Shown in pieces: positions 1 to 12,695 of a stretch of DNA of 64,000 nt. The notes under the pieces are model-generated. The model did not search any database, was not told the origin of the DNA, and worked only from the letters and a program-made list of their open reading frames with translations. Source of the stretch: Podospora anserina (lineage: Eukaryota); NCBI GenBank assembly GCA_017654855.1, contig CM030336.1, forward strand, positions 682,001-746,000, given 5' to 3'. A program made the position numbers and the translations under genes. Numbering within the stretch: position 1 is the first letter of the stretch; the number at the start of each line of letters is the position of its first letter.

Positions 1-335
1 ACTTTGTGCCCGAGAGATGGTTGTCAGTGGAGCAGGCGGGGCAGATTGGTGAAAAGATTGGCGACAGCGCTCTTGCGCAAGATGTCGAGCAGTTTTCGGG
101 GGATGTGCGCAGCGTTGTTCGTCCGTTCGTGGTCGGCGGCCGCGACTGCATCGGACAAAACCTCTCATGGGTCGAGTTTCGCGTTGTGTTGGCTCGGATG
201 CTGTGGAATTTTGACATGGAGGTGGTCAGGGAGGAGAAGTTTCCATCTTTTAACCAGTGGACAGATCAGAAGGCGTTTGAGCTTTGGCAGAAGGAACCTT
301 ATCATGTCAGCTTGACAGAGAGGACAAGTTTGTAA
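1..335 (+). CDS. Cytochrome P450, C-terminal part (5' end outside window)
   Basis: FVPERW motif and heme-thiolate signature PFVVGGRDCIG; stop TAA at 333-335. Confidence 0.9.
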   Translation, partial: FVPERWLSVEQAGQIGEKIGDSALAQDVEQFSGDVRSVVRPFVVGGRDCIGQNLSWVEFRVVLARMLWNFDMEVVREEKFPSFNQWTDQKAFELWQKEPYHVSLTERTSL

Positions 336-355
336 TATTTTCTCATTTCTTCGGT

Positions 356-2143
356 TTAAGTTAAAGGAATAAAATAGCCTACAGAATTCTGCAGTCGGGG
401 ACAACAACTTCTGTCGTACGTTTTGCATTCAACATGGATTATTAACGGGTGAGAGCCTCTGTTTCTCAGCAGTAGGAGAATCATATGATTCAGGTTTTTC
501 AACCCTGGGGCAGCACGAGCGCGTTGCAACGGCGCCAATCCATCCGCACCTATCGTTTCAATATCGGCCCCCTTTTTGAGGAGAAGTTCGACTACCGAAT
601 GAGGACCATCTGCAACGGCACTGAAAAATGCCGTGCGGCCACTTGCGTCCTTCCTTTCCAGGTCAATCGTTTGGACATGACTGCTTAGCAATTCAGAGTG
701 GCTCTTCTTTTTAACCAACCTCTCGCCTCTTTTGAGCAGCACCTCGACTACGGTCTGATGTGTCCTTCGATTCAATATTGACACCATGCTCAGTCAACAA
801 CCGTGTCGCATCCAAATGCCCACTTCCGGTAGTCCACGATAAACAGGTTCTGCCATCGTTGTCTTTGGATTCGACATCAGCCTTCTCGCTTGTCAGAAGT
901 TGTTTGAGAATGGCTACATCGCCAGCCTTCGCAGCCTTCGCAGCCTTCGATGATAAAGTTTGTCCATCTTCATCCTGCGGCTCAACACCAATCGCGCCTC
1001 GAGCCAGTAGTATTTCCATCACCTGCTCATGGCCCAGTTCTACGGCGCGGAAAACCATACTAGGTAGTTTGTCGCCTCGTGCCGGACGCCCTTTGCGGAT
1101 ACACATCCTTCGAAGCGGAAACATTGACCGTCAGTGTCTGCTCATGATGACGGGCTCGAAATCGTTACTCAAAACCCGCTCGAACTGTGTCATACCGTAC
1201 CGAACAGGCGATCTCGAAGATAGATAGCGATGGGTTTCTCCTCGACCTATTTTTGTCGACAATTAAGATCGATACCGATAAAACGAAGCTCTATGTGAAT
1301 TCCGCGGCCGCTGGCAGTCAAGGGAGTGTTGCCTAGGCTTCCAGGCGGCATAAATCCAACGATGTTGCCAGAGTTAAATAAACGCGTCCGGGGAAGTTGC
1401 CAAAAGTCCACCGCGAGTGTCCAATGACTTCCATACGAACAGACTGTGATCATCCGAGATCTTCATTATTTCCTATTGTAGTCGGATGAAAGCATTTTCC
1501 TTCTCTCCATACATTAGCGGCATATTGATATCGAATATTCCCAATAAACTGTAGACACGATCCTCGACTCTTGTTGTTTCCCTTCCAGCTGCCCATGACA
1601 TCATCTTCTGAGCGACACTGAAGCCATCAATATCACTCTCCCCGGCAAAAAGCACCGATGGTATCCGGATGCGGTTTGCCACGGCTCATTGTAGGCTCAG
1701 CTTTCCACCCAGATTTGTCCAGTTTTCATCGAAAAAGTTCACTTTGCGTGGTGCAATGAGCTCCTGGAGGGTCCACGCCCTAGAATGGAAAACCACCTGC
1801 TATCGGAGAACTGGGCTTGCGACGGTACATCGGCCAGGTAAGCGAGACAGACTTTGGCTTCTTGATACCAGCGCTACATGGAGTTGATAGCTTCTGAGAG
1901 CTCGGCGCTGCTCGTCTTATCGATGCAGCAGGTGTCGACCCAAGCATATTGGTATCGCTCTCTGGCGAGGGCGCAAAAGGCCTCGATCTTCCAGTATCTT
2001 TATTTCTCTATGGCGCAGCCCACTTCCATGTCCCAAAACGTTACTTCCTCGTAGCCCCAGGTGTGTAACAAGATGGTATAGGGGGGCACATTATTGTCTG
2101 TAAACTCCGCAAGTTTTAGGGTGGTTGTGTGCAGCAGGCGCAT
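356..2143 (-). pseudogene. HET-domain plus ankyrin-repeat pseudogene
   Basis: Hand translation from ATG 2143 gives MRLLHTTTLKLAEF..PPYTILLHTWG..EEVTF, YAWVDTCCIDKTSSAELSEAINSM*RWY and RAWTLQELIAP, then ETTRVEDRVYSLLGIFDINMPLMYGE. Ankyrin repeats (GRTCLSW..GHLDATRLL, GRTAFFSAV) lie at 356-1124. In-frame stops at about 2000-2002 and 1874-1876, plus a frameshift near 1785. Confidence 0.85.
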
Positions 2144-2428
2144 CCTGACGAATACTGGACGGACGGACCAAGGCGGTACGTTCTACGGTAGTCGGTGGTC
2201 GGGGTTCAGTCGTCCGATCAGATGAGGGATTAGGAAGGTATGAAGGGTGAGGGGATCACGGGGGAGTTCAGCCCAAATGGCCGCAGTGCTATCAGCATGA
2301 GTGGCACAGGACAAGGCGATTCTTCATTGGCCGCCTCACATGTCCCGTGATGAAAGGTGAAGAAGATGGTATGCTTTTTGCTTGTTTCTGAGCATATCCT
2401 CAAGTGTTACACTAGCCACGTATCCTCA

Positions 2429-4743
2429 TCAGTGGGCATTGCCATTCTTCTCGTTGTCATTGCAATTCCCATGCATCTTCTCCCAAGCGCTCCTCTTCAT
2501 CCAAATCTCCCCAATCGGACAACCATCCTTCTCAACACAGACCCAATCGCCAATACCATGCTCCTCTCCAGCACGCCTCACCCCTCTCCCACCACCACCA
2601 ATGATCAAATTTCCTGGCCGATATTTCTCGTGTGCCTTCATGCGGCGGATCACACTGCCATGGATACGGGCATCCTCAGGAATGTCACGAACTTCCCCGC
2701 AGGGGAGGGGCCAGCGAATGGGCTTCCAAGAGCCATCTTCTTGAAGGTCCATACGGCGGAAGGGGAGATACCTGGGAGGGCAACTGTTAGCCGGCCGGCA
2801 TACACGGTAAGGCAGAAAATAGTGGCTACGTACTCCATAATCTTCCAAGCTAACACTGAAGTCTTGCTCAGCCCGCAATCAAACTCGAGGGAGTCGTGAA
2901 TTCGAGCCGTGTGCGCTTTGTGCATCATTTCTCGGAACGACGAAGGCTTCTGCTGCCCGCTGCAGTCACCCTCCTTCTCGCCCGACCTTTTGGCACCACT
3001 GCTCCCGCCGTTGGCCTGAGAAAATGAGTCCTTGAAGCTGGATTGCTGGAACAACTTGGGTGTGCTCATACTCGAACTGCGGATCATGATGTTTGGAATC
3101 GGTGGGTTGGGCGGGCCCGAGGTCTCGTGAGGGGCAATCTCGTCATTGAGGGGCTGTTCCTGTCCTGACGACGGCGGCCTATACCCATGATCCTCGGTGT
3201 CGGGCTCGTCGTGGTCATGGAGAGCCTCGACGCAACCCATCTCGCGGACCTTCTCCTCGTCAAACGTCAGGCCTGCCTTGATCGCTTCGTGGACCATCCA
3301 GACCAAGGGAACGTGGCTGGCGACCTTGGAGTCCTCAAAGGTTTCCTCCCACCCACCACCAATATCCGCATGGCCTCCTGAGAACCACACTTCGTCGATG
3401 TCCTGATGGCTTTCCTCCTCGTCGCTTTCCTCACTCTCGGCAAATGATTCGGCGTCCTCCAGATGAGGATGGGGCTCGATTGATACCTCGGATTTGACGT
3501 CGTTCTCCGTCGGGCGCGCCGAAGCCTCGGTCTTGTTGGAGTGCCGTGATCGTGTCGAGTGGGAGCGCCTGCGATATGGTTCTGGATCCGTGGGCACGCC
3601 CAACGTGGGCCGTCGCCCTCTGTCGTCCTGGCCCTGTTTACCTTGGTGGGCGGGAGCGGCAGCGAATTTTCGTCTGTACTTCTCGTGGAGATTGTGGAGA
3701 CCATCGGACACTGGGTGATGGTGGTGCTGCTTCTTGCCGCTCTTGCTCTGGTACACCAAGTCCTGCCGGAACTTGGCGCGGCGCTCATCAATACTCACGG
3801 CGTGACGGACAACCTTTGCCGAGGTGCGCGCCGTGTAAGGAAACTTGCTCCTTTGCATCCAGGCTGCCTCAAACTGAGGTACACTGTTGACTGTGTCGAA
3901 GAGGCCGAGAAAGCGGATGCGGCGGACAGGGCGGGAGAAGGTCTCACGAAATCCCTTCATGAAGGTGTACATCTCCCTCTTCTTCTGGTTCCCTTCTGGA
4001 GTGTTGTCTCCCTGCCTGCTCTGCCAGTTGGAGAAGGCTTTCCACGCAAACACCACCATCTCCTCGTTACCGTGCGACAGCAGTCCGACATAATCCAACA
4101 TCTCGGCCAAGAATCGCGCAATGTACGCCCCACGCGAGAAGCCAAAGATGTAGATCTCATCTCCAGGGTTGTAGAACCTCATCAGGAACCGATAGCCTCC
4201 CACAACATGATGATCGAACGAGGACCCAATGGCACTGTCTTTGGCTTTCATGTACCAAGACTTGATACGCGCCACCGTTCCCGTGCGAGTCAAGCTGCTC
4301 GAGACAACATAGGTGCCAATTCCGGCTTCAGGATACAGTTTAGTACGACGCCCTACAACACAATGTAACACAATTCTTTATCACTCACGTTGATAATAAT
4401 GAACTAATCAGGTTGTCAGCACTCCAGTCAGATAATAGACGGTATCGAAATACTTACATTGATCCCTCGCTGTCCTGTCGAGCATTCGAAATATCTTCAA
4501 AATGTTGCTGTCGCTGTCGTCGCCATGGAACTTATTGCCTGTGCCATCGAAGCACAACACAATCTTGCTCGGCTTCCGGTGGCGAGACTGATGGTCTCTG
4601 TCTGGACCCATTGGAGTAACAGGACGAGATGGCAGATGTGTTGAGAAAAAGTCTTCGTGTGCGTCAATGTGGGACTCCCGATCTGGACTGGAGACTCTGA
4701 CACGGTTGCCCGGCCTCTCGGGCATGAGGTGCGACTTATCCAT
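2429..4743 (-). CDS. DUF2235 / Tle1-like alpha/beta-hydrolase (putative phospholipase), multi-exon
   Basis: Motifs IVLCFDGTGN, YIFGFSRGAY (GxSxG), LGLFDTV, HAVSIDERR and EVWFSGGHADIGGG across ORFs 4408-4818, 2650-4371 and 2429-2878. Start assumed at the first in-frame ATG (4743). Confidence 0.85.
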
Positions 4744-6344
4744 TTCTCTACAGTGGGCTGACCTCACAAAATTCCGACGCTGGGGTGGTGACACAGAAAG
4801 TGAATCAAGACGGCGCAAGAACCCGTAATCGCATCACCAATGTTCTGGGACAACACCAGCATTCCCCTTTTATCAATGCCACTTTCTCGAGGACCAATCC
4901 ACGACGCCAGCCTACCACCCCCTTCTGCAGGATTCCGTCATTTGAACGAGAGCCCCCGCTCTTGACACATTCACCTCCCTTCATGACTCTTTGAACCTCC
5001 CAATCTTTTTCCCCGACGCACTGATGCCGATCGCTGTGAGAGGTGAGACACTCTGCGAGGAGAAACCAGTCGTCCTATCAAAAAAGGAGGCACTGATGTC
5101 CACGATGCCGGTTGTCGGCTCATTTGCCATTGGTCGATGTGGCAGAAGGATGGCAGGTCGGGCATTAGTCCGTGGGTAGCGGTTCTTGATGGCCTATCAC
5201 GACGAGATGGGTAGTTAGAGTGCAGCAATGACCCCGGCCTTCAGCTGCTATGCGGTCTGCGCAAGGGGGCCGGATGGGGAAGTCAGGACGCCGAACCACG
5301 GCGGCAATTGCGGTCTTCAAGCCGAAGCAGACGGCTATCATTGGCTGGGTTTCAGCCTCTCCATGCACCAGATCGATACTAAAAGCTTTTTCAATCCCGG
5401 CCCGCACCCTGGGTGCTCGGATCGTTCCCGGGAGGAGGAACGGTACGGCGATCTTAGCGGATCATGGTGTCTTGGGCTCGACGCTAAACCGTCTTGGACA
5501 GCGATAATCACCTTGTAGCGGGCTTGGGTAGCGTCTTGATCGACCACAGTGACCCGCCGTCCCACAAGGTCACCCTCGTCGGTAATTGGCAGATGCACAA
5601 CCCTGCAGCCATTTCGACGACCTCACTTGACAGACCTGCATGCTCCAGTGGCATGGCCTGCCTTCCCCTATCCACCACTCATCGGCCATCAATGTCCACC
5701 AACTATTAGTAATTGTATTCCGCGGTCCATCGGCAGAGGTCAAAGTTCCTCAGCCATTTGCTGTCACCGCCTGGGCCCAAGAGCTACCGTTCCCCTGGGC
5801 GACACGTCGGTCCGCACAGCAATAACCATGTAGGTAGTGTAGTACTTTGATATGCGGTGCTTCGTTAAGGGTCTCTCGTGCTGCAAGGTTGATGTCCGCG
5901 TCTGGGTTGAACCCCTTCAAGCCACTCTGAATTCGGCGAGCACCCGAGTGCTGTGCACCTGAATAGGTTGGCCAGATAGCTCCCCTGTTGTTCAAGTCAA
6001 GCCACCAAGCAAGCCCGGCGGGGTTTGTCTCACCTGAAGATTTTCCCTTTTCCAACCATTCGATCTCCAAGACAAAAAAAGTGCGCGAGAGGCGGCATGG
6101 GGGGGCGGGTCGATCCCAGCTAGGGTGACATCACACAACACAGTCTCACGAGCTCAGGGAGACCGGGCCTCTCCTCGAGCTCTCGACATCCCTTCTTAAC
6201 CGGCCTGTCTGCAGCACTCTGTGCTTCCATTGCTTCATCTCACATCTCCTCATGACGTTTGGGAAAGCTACCATTGTTATCAATCCCGTCTAGTACTTTT
6301 GTTGTTTCATTTTATACCCATTATACCCCTTACAAGCTTTCATC

Positions 6345-9300
6345 ATGTCAGATTACAACGGCAACGGGCACAAGGCCTCGAACGGCACGGGAGTTACTGC
6401 TCTCAATGGCTCAAGCTCGAGCCACGGGAGCTCGTCTGCCCACCAATCACGCGAGGGAATGGAACTTGTCGCCAGTCAAGCAAAGCCAAGGCCTACTCCT
6501 CTTGACTTGAAGCCCACGGGTGCAAACAGAGCTGGCGTTGCCAATGCCTTTGAGCGGTATGGCCAAGTGATGCAGTCATCAGTTGCTCCGTTGCCAAATC
6601 AGCATGGCGCCGACACATTCAGCCGATCGAAGAAATGGGGCAAACTCAGAGACGATGTCAAGCAACTGCGGCTTGCTGGTAAGTGTCATGTGATGATGTG
6701 GTGACTGGTCCGGTCGGAACACCGTTACTGACCTCGAGACAGACTACAAGACCCTTCTTGGTGTGGTCAAAGCCAAGGTCAAGGGCGAGAAGATCAAGGA
6801 TGACAAGACTATGGCCATGGAAAAGGTCATCCAGCTTGTGTCCAACTTGCCTAGCAACTCCAAGACACGCACAGAGCTCACCAACTCGTTTTTGAGCGAG
6901 CTGTGGTACACCCTTGAGCATCCCCCTTCGATGTATGTGGGTGAGAAGTTCCAGTATCGCCAGGCTGATGGGTCATATAATGTGAGTTTGGGTTTGTCAT
7001 ATCACTCGATTGCTCATCCTCATGCTGACGCCTTTCCAGAATGTTATGTTTCCCCAGCTTGGTGCCGCTGGCACTTCGTACTCCAGATCGGTGGCTGCCA
7101 ATGTCGTTCGGCAGGGCGCTCTTCCAGACCCCAATCTCATCTTCGAGTCAGTCATGAAGCGGACGGAGTACACAGAACATCCGAACAATGTCTCTAGCAT
7201 TCTATGGTATTGGGCCAGTATCATCATTCACGGTAGGTGTTCCTGTCAGCTGCCGGTTGTCGACATAATCACTAACGCACTGTGCAGATCTGTTCTGGAC
7301 AGACTACAGGGACATGAGCAAGTCCAAGACCTCTTCGTACCTGGACCTGTCTCCTCTGTACGGCAGCAACCAGGACATGCAGGACACCATCCGCACCTTC
7401 AAGGACGGCAAGATCAAGCCTGACTGCTTTGCTGACAAGCGCCTCCTGGGCATGCCACCCGGTGTCGGTGTGTTTTTGATCATGTTCAACCGCGTCCACA
7501 ACCATGTGGCTGAGAACTTGGCCCGCATCAACGAGGATGGCAGGTTTTCTCCCCCCAGCCCCAACCTTGAGGGCGAGAAGAAGGAGGCTGCGTGGAAGAA
7601 GTACGACAATGACCTGTTCCAGCATGCTCGGTTGATCACCTCTGGTCTGTACATCAACATCACACTGCTGGATTACGTCCGAAACATTGTCAACCTCAAC
7701 CGTGTTGATACCACCTGGACTCTTGACCCCCGTGTCGAGACTGGCATAAACGTTGACACCAAGGAGGGTGCCGAGCGTGGTACCGGCAACGTGTGCTCGG
7801 CCGAGTTCAACCTCTGCTACCGCTGGCACTCGTGCATCTCGGCCAAGGATGACAAGTGGATTCAGGATTTCTACTATGATCTCTTCAAGAAGCCGGGCAA
7901 GGACCTCTCTATTCATGAGCTCATCATGGGCTTCGGCAAGTTCGAGGGCATGATCCCAGATGACCCTGCGGAGCGTCCCTTCAACAAGTTCCAGAGAGGG
8001 CCGGATGGCAAGTTCAACGACGATGACCTTGTCAACTGCATCTCAGACGCCATTGAGGACCCCGCTGGATCTTTTGGCGCCCGAAACGTGCCCGAGTCGA
8101 TGCGGGCGGTTGAGATTCTCGGGATCATTCAAGGCCGCAAATGGAATGTTGCTGGCTTGAACGAATTCCGCAAGCACTTCGGCCTGAAGCCCTACGAGAA
8201 GTTCGAGGACATCAACTCCGACCCGGGTGTTGCTGAGTCTCTTCGTCGCCTGTATGATCACCCCGACTTTGTGGAGCTGTACCCTGGTCTCGTGGCGGAG
8301 GAGAGGAAGGAGCCCATGGTTCCTGGTGTCGGCATTGCGCCTACCTACACCATCTCCCGTGTCGTCTTGTCGGATGCTGTGTGTCTGGTGAGAGGTGACC
8401 GCCACTACACCATCGACTACACGCCACGAAACCTCACCAACTGGGGTTTCAACGAAGTTCAGTATGACTTGAACATCAACCACGGTTGCGTCTTTTACAA
8501 GCTCTTCCTCCGGGCTTTCCCCAACCACTTCAAGTACAACTCGGTCTACGCGCACTACCCCATGGTGACCCCGTCGGAGAACAGCAAGATTCTCAAGGAC
8601 CTCAAGCGCGCTCATCTCTTTGACTTCTCCCGGCCAGGCAGGATCGCCACACCCACCGAGGTCACCTCGTACGATGGTGCCCAGCGCATCTTTGCTGCTG
8701 AGGACAAGTTCAAGAGCACCTGGAATGCTGGTGTCGCTGGCATCCGCGCCAAGGCGAGCCCTGAGCTTTCTGGCGATGCTGCTGTCCACGACAGGCACCG
8801 CACCACTGCATCTCGGTCGCTGTTCACCCCTGAGCTGGGCACCCAGATCAAGGCCTTCTACGAGAGCTTGACCGACAAACTGCTCACCACCAAAAGCTAC
8901 ACTTTGGTACCCGGCAGCAAGTTTGCTGACCTTGTCCGCGACATTGCCAATATCGTGCCAACCCACTTTGCCGCCAGTGTCTTCGGCCTTCCGTTGACAA
9001 CCAAGGAAAACAGAAAGGGCATCTACACCGAGCACGAGCTTTACGCCGTCCTCCAGATCATCGCCTCTGCCCTCTTCGTCGACTCGGAGCCTGTTAAGCT
9101 CTTCCCCGTGGTGGAAGCAGCCAAGACGGTGGCTGGTCAGCTCGGCACCCTCGTCGACAAGACGGTCAAGAGCCCCAAGGCAGCCAAGAACAGCGTCCTC
9201 AACACCTTCGGCGTCAACTTTATCAAGGAGCTTAAGAAGGCCGGTTTGGCCACGCACGACATCACTTGGAACCATGTCCTCCCCACCGCTGCGGCCCTCG

Positions 9301-9934
9301 CCTCGAGCCAAGGGGAGCTGTTCACCCAAGCAGTGGATTACTACCTCTCCCCCGAGGGTGCCGCGCACGTAGCGGACATTACCGCCATTGCCTCCCAGCC
9401 TTCATCTTCCCAGAACGACGCTCTCCTCTTGGGTTACGTCCTGGAAGGCATCCGCCTGTCAGGTTCAGCTCGGTCTCACTTTGAAGCCACAACCGCCGGC
9501 ACTGTCATGGCGTCCAATGGCACGGAGCTGCACATCCAGCCCGGCAGCAAGGTTACCATCAACTCTGTATGCCCCTCTTTTACCTTTTTGTCCCCTCCAG
9601 TACTAACCTCTCTTGTTTCTAGTCAACCGCCTCCCGCGACGCAGCTTACTTCCCCGAGCCAGAAACCGTCAACCCCCGCCGTCCACTGGACAAGTACATC
9701 CACTTTGACGCCGGTTCCCATGCCTTCCTGGGCAAGGAGATTAGCCAGATTGCCCTCACAGAGATGTTCCGTGCTCTGTTCAAGAGGAAGAATGTCCGGC
9801 GCGCGCCTGGTCCGCAGGGAGAGCTAAAGAAGGTGCCGAGGGCGGATGGGAACGGGGTGGATTACCTCAGGGAGGACTGGGGTGCTTTGACACCCTTCCC
9901 TGTTACCATGAAGGTGATGTGGGATGAGGTTTAG
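6345..9934 (+). CDS. Ppo-family fatty-acid dioxygenase (heme peroxidase plus P450-like domain), PpoC/10R-DOX-like
   Basis: YRQADGSYN, WASIIIH, TSSYLDLSPLYG, EFNLCYRWHS and VELYPGL motifs; several GT..AG introns; last exon ends ...PFPVTMKVMWDEV* at 9932-9934. Confidence 0.9.
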
Positions 9935-11500
9935 AGAATGGAAATGCGTTTTAGTGATGGGGAGGAGGACGTAATAGGTTATGCACCCGGACTGTCATGT
10001 CCAGGAAAATCCAACGCAGATTTCGGATGTCATACTGCCAAAAGCTGAGGAAGATTCCTCTCCCTCTCTTCTACACTCACACCCCTCAGTCTTCCAATAA
10101 ACCTAAATCATGTAAGCGTCGACAAAAAATAAAAATCGAAAATAAAACGGGCGATAAAAAGATATAGGTACGTCGGTACCTCGAGTTTGTTATTTTAAGC
10201 TCCTAGGCGGAATTACAAAGTATAGCTCTTTACATTTCTGGACACTTACTACTCCAATCTTTGTAGCCGAAATCATGATTATGTATATCCCATCGTAAGG
10301 AATGCGTTTTGCTGAGGATTCAGCTAAACAACTGGATCGCGCTTGGATTTCCGTGCGCGTTTGTACTGGACTTGGCTCATCACTGCGGCACAGCCCAGGC
10401 CAGCACCTCAGGTATATAGTTATTTGCTCCCTCTGGCCCAGACACAAATCTCGGGTCTTGGGATCTTTAATATCGGGGCGATATGCTATAATCCTGTAAG
10501 ATCTGGACGGCTTTTGGGATACCGGCGGTAAGGGGCTGAGAAGCCAAAGTGTAAGAGAACGAAACGATGGAGCATGCCCACAGAGGCAATATTTCCTTCT
10601 ATCTGGGAGGGAAATTGTCATCGGATGACGAAGACTGGACTCCAAACGTCGAGGCCGTTTGGGCAACGATTCGGTTCGCAATGACCACGGGCCGACTAAA
10701 ATACCTGACCGGCCAACCACCAGTCTCCACCGACCCTACACCTATCACCCTGTGCCACGGACAGCAGGTACCGCTTCAACCGCCGAAGATTGGACGCTGA
10801 ACACTTAAAGAACCAACTTCAAGCCAGCCTACTAACAATCTTACTAATCTACGAGAATCCGAAGAGAAATGATAAACCAGAGTGCATAAGCTAGAATGGA
10901 CTTTGCATGGGCTTTAAGGAGATTAGGGTATATTTTGGGAAATGTATGCTTCAATTGGTAATAGTTGCCCTTTTGGCTTAGCCGCCGGGCGTTAATAAAT
11001 TATTATTATTAATAACATTCGAGATGCTGACTAAGGCAGCTCGGCGCTTACGTGATGTTTCTCACAGCGCAATGACAAGTGAAGGTACCAATCAGCCTCT
11101 ACTCAAATACGTGCTATTCAATGCCAAGCTTGGCATATCTCCTTTCATCCTAGTTTAGCATCCCCCTTCGCTCAGCTATCCAGCATACACTTCCTACTCG
11201 CTCGCACTCGATTCTCATCCTATTATCAGCTCGACATGACCTGAATAACATTATTCGGCCCACCTTTTCGTGGAGCCAATTATGAATTTGGCACCGACGA
11301 CTTCACAACTCGCAATAAGGTCTGGAAAGCCCCAACATATGTCTATATCCAAACTAATGCGGCCAGCAAAATGATTTCGAAGCTGATAAAGAAGATGGCG
11401 TTATTAAAGGCGATGTAGCGGGTATCCCATATCAGTACTATAACTCAAAATAAGAGACGAACGGTAATAGAACTATTATCTCGGTCAGCTGAAAAGCGGG

Positions 11501-11909
11501 TGTCACAGTTAAGCCAACAGGCAAGACGGACCATGTGCGGGGCACAAGACGCACAGCCAATCGCTAGTGGAACCAATTATAGGACGGGAGGATGGACCAA
11601 TAAGAGGCGGATCATCCAGGGCATAGGGAATCATGAATGATTCCTGGGAATCATTATGATTCTCGAGAGTCAGCCATGATCCTTAAGGAATAGAATGGTC
11701 CAGGGCTTGGCAGTAGGTCTATATATACGGAGGAACTGGCTGGTGTAGATAGACAGTTCCGCAGTATGCAATTCAAGTTGTATTCACGGCATCTTGTGTT
11801 TATATTGAGACATCTTGTTGTGCACTGTTTAGCTGCACCGAACCAGGATTATTCAGAAGTACCTTCAACCAGTATCCCTTTCAGAGGTTCTGGATAGGGG
11901 TTCGTCACA
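11501..11909 (+). mobile_element. Solo LTR (409 bp), crapaud-like
   Basis: TGTCAC...GTCACA ends, a 5-bp direct repeat GCGGG at 11496-11500 and 11910-11914, an internal TATA box, and a 3' half shared with the LTR ending at 20141. Confidence 0.9.
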
Positions 11910-12695
11910 GCGGGCGAGGATAATAATTATTACTACTTCCCACAAAAACGAGGAGGGGAAATAGCGTTTTATAGTGGAGTCAGGTCCAGAGCAGTACGAT
12001 GATAATTTTAGAGGGTGGCTAGTATGCTCGCCCCGACACTAGACGAGGATCTCGTTGACGGCTCCCGGATCACTCACGTTCAGCGAAAAAAAGTAGGGGG
12101 AGCGAATTATTAAGTCGTCAGATCTCACGAAGAGACGCATACCCTTGCTCTCTAGAAAACGCACTTCCTTGCCACCTACCAAGGAAAAGTCCGCACTTTC
12201 TTCCCCTCCACAGCCCGTCAAGCAGAGCCCGCAGCTTCCCCAGGAAATAAGAGTTATATTTAAGATTTGGATTTATAGCCAAGAGCGAAACCGCCGTGCG
12301 CTCTTGCACTCTTTGAAGTGTTTGGCCACGGACCAGCCGTACTTGAGGAACATCGAGGTACCAAATGAATTGCTAATAGTGCTGACATTTGCCGGCGTTT
12401 GCGTGTTGACAGCCTGTCAAAAGTACGACACCGTAGCCACCAGGTAAATAGAGCAGTCCAACGTTTATATAATTTATCACACAGTACTATGGAGAGAAAG
12501 GTATAAACCTGTTAAGGCGAATATCTGCTGCGTTGTATAATGTAATTATTTGCTGCTTAACGTAGTTCGACCACATTAACGTCGGAGTATATATATCAGT
12601 AGATTAAAACTATATATATAGCGGAAACAAAATATTCTAAAGCAATAACGTCTTCTAAAACCTTCACTTAAGCCAAAATATTGAAACATATATTG

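Noticed and set aside
8043-9368. 441-aa ORF on the - strand, and similar antisense ORFs over the laccase and DUF2235 genes
   Set aside because: Shadows of GC3-biased coding sequence on the opposite strand.
10190-12450. ORFs 10190-10720 and 12145-12447 as genes
   Set aside because: They look like degraded remnants interrupted by stops and an LTR; no family could be assigned.
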